Positions 48,335-58,877 of a stretch of 58,877 nt of DNA are shown one piece after another. Where the stretch lies: positions 1 through 58,877 of the forward strand of contig JAUCBJ010001357.1 of assembly GCA_032718475.1 (NCBI GenBank). The letters are read 5' to 3'. The DNA comes from Nemertoderma westbladi. Its lineage: Eukaryota; Animalia; Xenacoelomorpha. The notes under the pieces are model-generated. The model saw nothing but the letters and a program-made list of their open reading frames with translations, searched no databases and was not told where the DNA came from. Every line of letters starts with the position of its first letter. The stretch's first letter is position 1. The translations under genes and the position numbers were made by a program.

Positions 48335-51300
48335 CACACCACCCTTGAGTGGACATCTTGGTGAAGAAAAATGAACGCGAATTCTGTTTGCATATTTGGG
48401 TTTGTTGCCCAGAGTCAAAAAAATATAAAACGAAAATATTTCACGGACCTCTTTTAAGATTATTTAATAATTTAATTGTTAACTAATATTAATACTATTA
48501 AATCCATTAATAATAAATGAAAGTACTTAATACTTATTCTGTTACGTTGGTAATGTTCCCTAGAGTGAAAAAAATGTTTAACAAAAATAATTGGTGGAGC
48601 CCATGATTAATTATTTTATAACTAAATAATTAAAAAATAATATCATTACTTGTCTTTAAACTTAATTAACATTGAAAATACATAAAGCCCTGTGTCAATG
48701 TTGCTGCATATCTTAAACATTAAATGAAAAACATGTTTTAGTCAACCTGTAATAATTTACTATTTAATAATTAATTAATAATTAATATTAGAAAATTACA
48801 GATAACACAAATTATTGAATTGACTAATCTGCGTAAACTCAAATTATATTTAAAAGTTATTGAAATACACAAAAATCTGATTCCAAAAACCGGAAATTAC
48901 TACTTAAAGTTCGTTGGAACCATCAATAAAGGTATAATAATATGTTTATGCTATCTAATTTAAATGGTTGGGTGAATTCTTAGCCCGCAAGTATTCTTAG
49001 CCCGCGGGTATTCTTACCCCGCGAGATAGTAAAGGAGTAGGTTAGTAAAGGACCACGTTTCAGAGGCGTACTGGGGGAACCAAAATAATAAACGTTATAG
49101 TTTTGCGGGCTAATAATATCCACGGACTAAGAATACTTGCGGGCTAAGAATACCCGCGGGCTAAGAATACCCACGGGCTAAGAATACTCGCGGGCTAAGA
49201 ATAATTGCGGGCTAAGAATACCCACGGGCTAAGAATACCCACGGCCTAAGAATACCCACGGGCTAAGAATACCCGCGGGCTAAGAATTCCCACGGGCTAA
49301 GAATACTCGCGGGCTAAGAATAATCGCGGGCTAAGAATACCCACGGGCTAAGAATACCCACGGGCTAAGAATACCCACGGGCTAAGAATACCCACGGGCT
49401 AAGAATACCCGCGGGCTAAGAATACCCACGGGCTAAGAATACTCGCGGGCTAAGAATAATCGCGGGCTAAGAATACCCACGGGCTAAGAATACCCACGGG
49501 CTAAGAATACCCACGGGCTAAGAATACCCACGGGCTAAGAATACCCACGGGCTAAGAATACCCGCGGGCTAAGAATACCCACGGGCTAAGAATACTCGCG
49601 GGCTAAGAATACTCGCGGGCTAAGAATACCCGCGGACTAAGAATACCCACGGGCTAAGAATACTCGCGGGCTAAGAATAATCGCGGGCTAAGAATACCCA
49701 CGGGCTAAGAATACTCGCGGGCTAAGAATACTCGCGGGCTAAGAATACCCGCGGGCTAAGAATACCCACGGGCTAAGAATACTCGCGGGCTAAGAATAAT
49801 CGCGGGCTAAGAATACCCACGGGTTAAGAATACCCACGGGCTAAGAATACCCACGGGCTAAGAATACCCACGGGCTAAGAATACTCGCGGGCTAAGAATA
49901 CTCGCGGGCTAAGAATACTCGCGGGCTAAGAATACTCGCGGGCTAAGAATACCCACGGGCTAAGAATACTCGCTGGCTAAGAATACCCGCGGGCTAAGAA
50001 TAATCGCGGGCCAAGAATAATCGCGGGCTAAGAATTCCTGAGACCATTTAAATATGTTATTTTTAATATCAATTGGTTGTTATGACCAGGTCTAAAGTTT
50101 AACCAGGGCAAGCATAATAATAATGTTATATAAATCAATTAAATGTTTGGCCAAAATGTAATTAGGCTAAGTTACATAATTCAATAGTCTATATATATTA
50201 TTATTACTATTACGTAATTTATTAAGAAGTACATTTTTCGTAATTTAGTAGTTATACTAATGCATGACTAACAACTGATAGAAACATATAGTAATATATA
50301 TTAGTATGTATGTAATAATATATTATAAACATAATAATTACTGGTACAATTTCAAAAATAAAATAACCCATGATGATTTCTGCCGGACATTGTGATTTCT
50401 TTTCTTAGGTAAAACAAAAAAGAGGCAGATGGGGGGGGGGGGGGGGGGGTGTTGGTTGACTGTGTGGATGGTAACAAAATTCATCCCGTTCCGGCGTAAA
50501 ATTTACTCAAATAACAACAGATTACTCCAAATATTTAACAGTAGCCTAACATGTTAGAACGTGCCATGCCACTGTAACCTGCTCCTCTCCCTTAATTTGT
50601 AATTTAACATTGAGAAGATGTGTTAATTCACGCAGATTTGATTTATGCCCTGTTCCACCCCTCTCCTGCCTTAAAATAAGACTCCCCTATTATGGTTAAT
50701 TATCACTTTAAAACATCAGACAGTATAATTTGAAGGATGGATATGATATTAATGATTGTATATTATATAACAAATTGATTGATTGATCTACAATAAAGTT
50801 TATAGTTTCTATAATTCTGATTTTTGATAACAGATGATCGAATATTTCAATAATTTCATACGATATACAGTAAGTTACAACATTTGAATTTTAGATCTTA
50901 TGCAGTAGGCCTATTATCACTTCAATAATAATCAAAGTTAAACGGCAATTTTAAAAAATTAATTAATTATTTAAATAATAAATAATTATCGACCGACTCC
51001 ACCATATTCCTAGATCAATATTTCCAACTTCAATCAACAATATGAAGTTTTACTTTATGTACTTAGAATGTTAATTAAATTTAAATGCAAGTTAATGTTA
51101 TTAATAATATTTATTATTTAGTAACTGAATAATTACAAATGGGCTCCATCAAAAATTGTTGTTTAAAATTTTTTAGACATCAGACAACATTGCCAACGTA
51201 ACACCTTAATTAGTTAGTCCGTTCATTTAAAATTACTGGATTTAATATTATTAATAATAGTTAATAATTAAATTATTTAATAATTTTAAAAGGGGACCGC

Positions 51301-51413
51301 AAAAAATTGTCGCTTTTTATTTTTTTGACTCAGGGCACCAAACCTTACTCAAATATTCAAACAGAATTGGCGTTCATTTTTCTTCACCAAGATGTTCACT
51401 CAAGGGTCGTGTG
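48335..51413. mobile_element. Non-autonomous CAC..GTG TIR transposon, copy 2 (tandem duplicate, period ~4.47 kb)
   Basis: Near-identical to 43866-46936, with the same TGAG TSD and the same nested element. Confidence 0.8.
48966..50045. mobile_element. GG..CC element with 17-bp satellite, copy 2 (17 bp longer than copy 1)
   Basis: Same ATTTAAAT TSD and termini. Length is 1080 bp versus 1063 bp. Confidence 0.8.
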
Positions 51414-51903
51414 TGAGACGGAGTCTGTTAACTGAATCCGGAGATTGGGCGACATGAGACGGAGTCTGTTAACTCAATCCGGAGATTGGGCGACCTGAGA
51501 CGGAGTCTGTTAACTCAATCCGGAGATTGTGCGACATGAGACGGAGTCTGTTAACTCAATCCGGAGATTGTGCGAGATGAGACAGTGTCTGTTAACTCAA
51601 TTCAGAGATTGTGCGACATGAGACGGAGTCTGTTAACTCAATCCGGAGATTGTGCGAGATGAGACGGAGTCTGTTAACTCAATCCGGAGATTGTGCGACA
51701 AGAGACGGAGTCTGTTAACTCAATCCGGAGATTGTGCGTCATAAGACGGAGTCTGTTAACTCAATCCGGAGATTGTGCGAGATGAGGCGGTGTCTGTTAA
51801 CTCAATCCGGAGGTTGTGCGAGATGAGACGGAGTCTGTTAACTCAATCCGGAGATTGTGCGACATGAGACGGAGACTGTTAACTCAATCCGGAGATTGTG
51901 TGA
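51414..51903. repeat. 41-bp satellite array 3 (~12 copies), cut by LTR copy C
   Basis: The array ends mid-unit at GATTGTGTGA|TGTAAAAG. Confidence 0.93.
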
Positions 51904-53069
51904 TGTAAAAGCTTTTGCGTAATTAGCCGGTTATTTTCCCCGTAAAGTACTCTGTAGTTGGTTTACTGGGCATAAAAAGGCCGTGTCCTTACTGTACTGG
52001 TGTTTTAGAGGACATAAAAGCCATTTCTTCTGTATTTGTACTTTAGAGGACATAATCCGCAATTTCGGGACGCAATAAGCTCGATACTCTTGAAAACAGT
52101 GTCGCTACCATGACGACGGCTAACAGCTGATATTGCCACGTCGACATTTCTTTGTTTCTTTGTTCTCTCGTTGTTCGGTCGACCAATCAGAGCGTTTTTT
52201 GTCTCTGTGTTGGAGGTGGATACAGAAACTCAGGAATTCAGTGTTATGTTTTTGCCCAGAGCCTAAGAACACCGGCTTTTGGCACCTCCGTGTTTCAGTC
52301 TTTAGTCTTACATTAGTAGGCTTAATTATAGAACGTATATCTGTTATCGAGTTAACGAGTTACCTTATCAATGCTTACTAAACATATCATGCATATCTTA
52401 CTTAACATTACTGCTTTTGCTGTCGGTTATTCATTATATTTGTTGATGGAAGATTATATTTGGAATACTGATCAATAGTCAGACACCCAACCTTCTTGAT
52501 ATACTAAAGGTTAGAGAGACCGGTTACAGATAAACGATTGCGACCTATGTTAAGTGGTTTGAAGTGAATCTAATGCTATTTTATAGGCCCTACATGTATT
52601 GTCTGTTATTCTCTTTGTATGTGACTAAAATTAGTGAAGGTCGGCAGATTGGTGTGCAGCATTGTGCAGCATTGTGTATGATTGTGACTGATAACAAAGC
52701 ATCTCCTAAAGAATGCGCCATATACGTGAATCTATAGCCTTTTCGTTGTGTCTAGTTTAAGTCATAACTCTGTTTACATATTTAGAGCGCCACGTCCTAA
52801 AGGAACTGTTAATATTTCCCGAAAGTGAATAATATTTGTCAGAGATTATATATTACGATCAGTCGAATAATACGGTAGGCTTACACCATCAATCATTAAG
52901 CTTCCGAATTCAGTCTCCCGGGTATATCCAGCGGGTGAATGATTGCGCATAGACTGGCTTCGGCTAATGTAGTGTATCAAATACTCGTCATAGGCTAAAG
53001 ACTATATATCATCTAAAAGACATCCTAATTTGGCAGGTTAAACTGTCAAAGGTCTTAAAAGCGCAAACA
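51904..53069 (+). repeat. 5' LTR of copy C (~1.17 kb)
   Basis: TGTAAAAGCTTTTGCG...GCGCAAACA, colinear with 27717-28915. Confidence 0.9.
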
Positions 53070-55252
53070 ATAACAGATATTGCTTCTGGATTGCGGTGTA
53101 AGCAATCTAGTCGAAAGTACCGGTCGACCGGTAACCAGTAGGCCTGACTGCCTGATCATCCGGACCGGTACTTACACGTACAGGTACAGCAGTATTATTC
53201 GATTTTGATAATTATATACCGGTAGGCCTTAATAATTAATCAGGGACTGCAGCCCTGGTTTTTTATTGAGATTTTACTTATTTCTGTCAGTTTTATTTAT
53301 TTGTAGGCCAGTATTGAGCAGAAGGCGTGTAAGCTTGCTCAGTCTATACAGACAATTGTAGGCTGGACTGTTGTTGTCTGGCTGTTGTTGGGTCTGAACG
53401 GATTGCAGTGTGTGTAGAGTCTGTCCGATAAAGTACGGTTAGGAAGTAGGGGCAGCCAGAGCTGTAAGGTCAATCCCCACCTAAAGAATAAGTCGTACTA
53501 CCGTGTTAGAACGCATACTAACTAACCATTTTGGAATCTGCACATACTGTAGTTTATTTAGGCTTGATAGTAGTCTGCCAGCGTTTGGTCTGTACTTTGT
53601 TTGTGTAGTCTGTACGGGTAGCGTATAATTTTATTTAGATAATTTGTAGGCTGGATAGTTGTCTGACTGTTGTTGGGTTTGAGGAAATTTCGGTGTGTGT
53701 AGAGCATCTGTCCGATCAAGTGCTAGTTGGGAACGTAGGGGCTTCAAGTGCTGTGAGGTAAACCCCCTGTGAAAGAATAAGTCGTACTACTGGGTTAGAA
53801 CGCATACTAACTAATCATTTCGGAGTCTGCATATACCGTAGTTTGTTTAGGCTTGATAGTAGTCTGTCAGTATTTGGTCTGCATTTTGTTTGAGTGGTTT
53901 GTACGCGTAGCGTAATATTTATTATTCAGAGTTTATGCGATTATTCGCAACATTCATATCCCCAAGTTTATTCCTACAGTAATTGTGTTTGTTATACATA
54001 CCGTTATAGTTAAACTAACCCCGGTACTACATCAGGGCTGCTCGGCGTAGGTAAAGACTGGAGATTTTATGCTTTGGTCACTCCGGCAGATACCGTGGTT
54101 CTTTTAGCTGTTCAAGTATTTTTAACTACTGATTATTTGTTGTACAAGTACTTGTACCTAATTTAGGGTTTAGTGTACAGTACTTTCCGAAGGTGATTAG
54201 TGTGTAGGCAGTATATTTGTGTTGTAAAGTGGTTAATAGGCACGTTGGTTCTGGTAGACCGCGGTAATTAATCTCTAGGTAGGAACACTCCGTGATACAT
54301 AACGTAGTACCTATAGCGATACGGTTATAGGTCGTCAGACGGTGGTATTTTCCTATCTGGACAGCGCAGTATATTTACTACTACTTATTATTTTCAAATA
54401 CCGTAGTAACCTGTCCGTTGTAATAACCAGATATTCTAACCCTTTGTTAGGCTGGTTTGTAGATTCTTGTAAAATTACCCTAAAAATTTCGTATTTGTAA
54501 ATTTTTGTGTTTATTTAGAGATTGTAATCTCAACCCGAATTGTACGTAATTTGTAGTATTAAGTAACTTAGGTAAATTAGAATTATTTGTTTTAGTGTCC
54601 AACAAGTAGCACTCCACTGAGAGCGCACAGCTTCTGTGTAGTGACTCCCCCCAGAAATAATAACATTTATTTCAAATATTGACAAAACCCATTTTAAACG
54701 GGTATATATATATTATAAATCAACTCAAACGATTTATAAATAGTAGGCCTGCCATACAACAATTAGGTCTCAATATCAGTTGGACTACTGCTTAAATAAC
54801 GGTAATAAAGTAAGTAAAGTAACCTTACCAAGTAACCCTTAAAAATTCAGAAATTCAATTATTTAAAATAATTGACATACCGGTATTTACGATAGGCCTA
54901 TTATCTTTATTTCTATAAATTTAGGCTGAAATCATACCGGTATTCTGCAATTAATTCTAGTCCAGAATTATACTTATATATACTATAAGTAGGCTGTATA
55001 CCGGTATTCACGATAGGCCTATTATATATTTATATATTTGTGCTAAAATTATACCGGTATTCTGTAACAAACCTAGTCTGTAATAATACTTATATATATA
55101 CTATAAGCATACCGGTATTCTAATATATTATATATATCACGCTACACTGAGTAGCAGTATCGGTAATTAATTGTTAGGCTAACAGTGATACTGAATTACT
55201 AGACTTGCTTTAACTGTAATATAGCAGTAGGCATTCAACTATACAATCAAAC

Positions 55253-58200
55253 ATGGCTGACACAAGGCAAACTCTGTCAGATAGTCTCCTAGAAACAACA
55301 GCCTGTTTCTCAGATCAAAGTGTAGAGAATCCCAGACCGAGGTCTGAAACCCCTCATACTGTAAGAAGGGCGACCCCTGCAGTGGTTGTGTCAGAACCTA
55401 GGTTGGTAGAAGCGATTTCGCAATTTGCGAAGTTAGTGAAGCGCCGTTGGTCTGCCATAGGCACTCGGGCCCAAGTCAAGCGGGATCAAGAAGCAGCTGT
55501 CAAACAGCAGCAACATCCTAGCCAAGAACCTAGTTTTCAGCGGCCCGATAGCTCCAGTAGTTCGGATACTGTTGAGCGGACGCCCGAACGCGGAGCGAAG
55601 ATGGCGGATAAGGTTTATGATGAGTGGCCAACCTATGAAGAATCAACCGACGCCACTTTTTCTCAAGAAGAAAGCGAAGTGACAGCAGAGAAACCGCATA
55701 AGAGGGATGCTATTGATATCTATCTGTCAGACTATCAACGTTTCTTAGGTGATGAAGAGTTGAGGAGAAGGTTGGACGGACTTAACCCTAATAGTGAAGG
55801 AGCACAGCGTGTGCTTGACGCCATCGACGTGGATAGGTTAGCAGCGAACCAAGCTAAATTCGATGAACAACTCCGCATCGCTAGAGACCAAGAAGAAAGG
55901 GTGAAGAAGAAACGCATAGAAGACAGAAAGAAAGCAGCAGTAGCAGCTGCAGAAGCCGAAAGATCTCCTGCTCGGACAGATGCAGGAGACCGTTCAGCAA
56001 TTCAAGGGCACAGTAAGGGAAAGTAGGTTAGAGTTGCAAGAAGTGCAGCAAAGTATCGCGCTAGAACGCGATAAATTAGTAAATACACAAAGGGGTATAC
56101 CACCACCCCCTGTAACAATGTGTCAACCTGTTAGGTCTGAAGTATCTCATGCGCAAGGTGTGGAGCCTACACGCATCTATACTGCTAGCAAAGTAGAAAC
56201 TCCTATAGTGAACCCTATTAAGGGTAATTATAGACCTGTTGATAATGACATTCCCTATAGACCTGATCATAATCCGAGAAATTTATATACCGATAACTCG
56301 ATATTAAATAACACGATGGCCCAAGAAAGTTTTACGCGTCAAATGGCTAGAACCGAAGCCCGGCAAGCGGTAAAGGTGGGAGAGATAGTCAAGTTCAATG
56401 GAGATGAGATGAAATGGTTGCCTTTTAATGAATATTATAAAGATAACATACAGAACTCTGTACTATCTAATGGAGAGAAACTTAGATTCCTCATCGAGTG
56501 CTTGGAAGGATCTCCCAAGTTAATGGCGTTAAAGTTTATTGGACATCCAGACGGATTAAGACAAGTTTGGGATACACTAAACATCAGGTATGGTAATAGG
56601 AATAACATAGCTAGGTATTTGTATGCAAAATTAATGGCGCCCCGAAAGTTTCTTAGCAGCGGGATTATAGAGTTTTCCGATGAGATTCAGGAGATCTGTA
56701 GACAATTAGATTGGCTAGGTAAGTCTCATGAATACCAGAATTATATGGTTGTAGGAGCCTTAGCATCTACTTTGCCCAAGGGTGGAGTAGGTACACGCTG
56801 GGACAAGAAAGTGTTATATATGATGGAACAACAACGACGAGACCCTACCATGGCTGATCTCATGTCATTCTTAGATGGAGAAGTGAAATTACAGCTCCTA
56901 AGGCAGTCCAGAGAGAAGACACTGGAAAACAAGGTAAGTGAGAAACCCGTTTCTAGGAGAAGGGTAACACCAGTGTGTTATACAGACGACGGCGAAAGCC
57001 AGACTTCTCAAGGAGAGGATAGCGGGAAAGACACTGAAAGATCTTATTATGTCAATAAAACGCCTAAAGACCAGGTAAGTAAATTCAAGTCTCGAACCAA
57101 TGACAGGAGAGAACAGGTAAGAAAAACTCCTCCTACGTCTCCCAAGAGAATTCAGGTGAGAAAGCCCGAGGAAAGAACGAACGTGCACCACACAGCACAT
57201 GTTAAAGTAAGTAACATCAAGCCCAAATGTGTGCTGTGCGATGGGCCCCACCGTTTAAGTGCGTGTGATGAATTCCTGAGGAAATCACTAAAGGACAGAC
57301 GTGAAGTCATGTGGGATAAGCGGTTGTGTTATAATTGCCTCAGACGAGGACACCAACGGCGAACCTGTTACTCCGACGTAAGGTGTGCAAAGTGCGGCGC
57401 AAAACATCATATCTTGTTGCACACGGAATTCGAACGAAACAGCCCGAGTCAGGTAAGTGAGTCCGAACTACATGTCCAATTCAGTGATGTGAACGACACT
57501 GACCAATATTCTGAGATGGAAGGATTCTATACGGACGAATTCTCCAACGAAAACGAATCCTGTTACCTAACAAATACCGCAGTGTATCGAGCACTTACGT
57601 ATGAAAAAGACACCGACAGCGAGCCCCCCCTAACTACTTCTGACAGACAACCATCTTGGAAAGCACCACCTTCCAATGTAGGAATCCGAGAATTTCCTGT
57701 AGTACAGGTAAGGGTCCACGGACCTAAAAGGAGTTATGTAGTGAACGCCCTCCTTGACTCCGGTAGTACAGGAACATTCATCGACAAAGAACTAGCCGAA
57801 GACATCTTTGCTGGACAACCCAAGTTCCGAACTAAGCTAAACATGTCAGGAATTATGCAGGTTTGGAAATCTACAGTAATCAGCAGATTATTATGTAGGT
57901 GCGTTGTCCACCCCCCAGGATGAACTAGGAGAACACAGCATAAGGTCAGTAAAAATGTTAGCGATAAAGAACTTCGCGACCAGCCAAGTGGAACCTTATA
58001 ACTGGGATGAGGACGATTTCACCCAGCAGTTTGAAATACCTAGATTCAACACCGATTACCCTGGAGTCCAAATACTCATCGGTCAAAATGCGCATGAAGC
58101 GCTCGAGACATTGGAGAAACGGCCTGCTCAACCGCAACCTCTACAAGTTTATGCGGGAAGAACTAGAGTAGGTTGGTACTTTACTGGCCCTTCTCGTAGA

Positions 58201-58659
58201 ACCCTTATGGAAAGATTACCAAAAAAACAGGTATATCAATTAAGTGAACGGGAAGTGGAGAGCAGTGAAGTTGACGACCCAACTGAGGGAACACCATACT
58301 CCTCAGATAATGACGACATCAACTCCAATGTAGATCAATGGAGACATTGCCCCGAGACGATCAATCTAGCCGACATCGCCTCCAGAGGAGCAACTCCTCA
58401 AGAACTTACAGATACTCCAGACTGGTTAGGTGAACCCGACTTCCTAAGTAAAGAAGATGAATGGCCTCCCCATCTTAACCCGGCGAAGATTAGACAGGCC
58501 AAGGGAGCGGAGAAAGTAACACAACCACTCAATCGCCCAGCTGGTCGTTTATGTTTACCGGAAAGAGACCGAAAACTGTCCGGAAACTATGGAAGGCAAG
58601 ATACTCTTCCCACGACCACCTCCCTAATCCAACAAATATCTAGGGACTCCATAACGTAA
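55253..58659 (+). pseudogene. gag: BEL/Pao Gag (DUF1759-like, triple CCHC)-aspartic protease polyprotein with RNase H and integrase C-terminal remnants; frameshifts near 55960 and 57880
   Basis: FNGDEMKWLPF, EKLRFL..CLEG, L..RYG, CVLC..PH....C, CYNCL..GH....C, CAKCGAKHHILLH, ALLDSGSTGTFI, ILIG, TRVGWYFTGP, WRHCP..NLADIASRG...W...PDFL...WP, LNRPAGRLC. Confidence 0.88.
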
Positions 58660-58877
58660 CAACATACGGAGTGGGTGTGTGACTACATTATTTTATATTT
58701 ATTTTATTATTTTATATTATGTATGTATTATTATGTAATTTTATTATAATCGTTTTCTTTAATTTTATTTAGTAGAATGTTATTTAGTGATTATTTAGTA
58801 GATTAGTGCAATATATTAGTGTTTATTACTTAATTACTTATATATTATATTTAGTGCGACGGCGAGAAATAATTATT

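Larger units (their letters stand above)
51904..58877 (+). mobile_element. BEL/Pao-like LTR retrotransposon, copy C (5' LTR, leader, gag-protease, pol remnants; continues off the right edge)
   Basis: LTR homologous to that of copy B, BEL-type Gag and protease motifs, and a 3' spacer homologous to copy B. Confidence 0.9.

Noticed and set aside
43455-51903. 41-bp and 17-bp arrays as CRISPR arrays
   Set aside because: The units are contiguous with no unique spacers, there are no cas genes, and the context is eukaryotic.
1-58877. Copies A and C as giant terminal inverted repeats of one element
   Set aside because: They are diverged, differ by large indels, and each has its own LTR boundary in a different target, so they are independent insertions in opposite orientation.

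Overview
AT-rich animal (invertebrate-like) genomic DNA made almost entirely of nested mobile elements; nothing here looks prokaryotic. (1) A decaying Polinton/Maverick (adintovirus-type) element spans about 4743-21683. It carries RING, packaging ATPase, integrase, two minor capsid genes, major capsid, adenain protease, a DEDD-like nuclease, a TBP-like gene, a protein-primed PolB with an EndoVII domain and a PC4-like gene, and its right end reads ...ACTACT. (2) Three members of one BEL/Pao-type LTR family are present. Copy A (minus strand, 1-4742) is inserted in the Polinton. Copy B (21684-28915, 3' half) is the element the Polinton landed in, and it carries an unexpected ~1418-codon extra ORF with a DnaQ/WRN-like 3'-5' exonuclease and CCHC zinc knuckles. 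Copy C (51904 to the window end) has Gag-protease but no RT or integrase core. (3) Host-like genes are a frameshifted WD40 ORF and a frameshifted exon fusing a caspase domain directly to an APAF-1-like NB-ARC/helical region. (4) There are many non-autonomous DNA transposons (MULE-like, hAT, piggyBac, CAC..GTG type), an inverted pair of tRNA-like units, an RTE fragment, and 41-bp, 17-bp, 15-bp and 36-bp tandem arrays, including a ~4.47-kb tandem duplication. All family calls come from motif recognition by eye; no searches were run.
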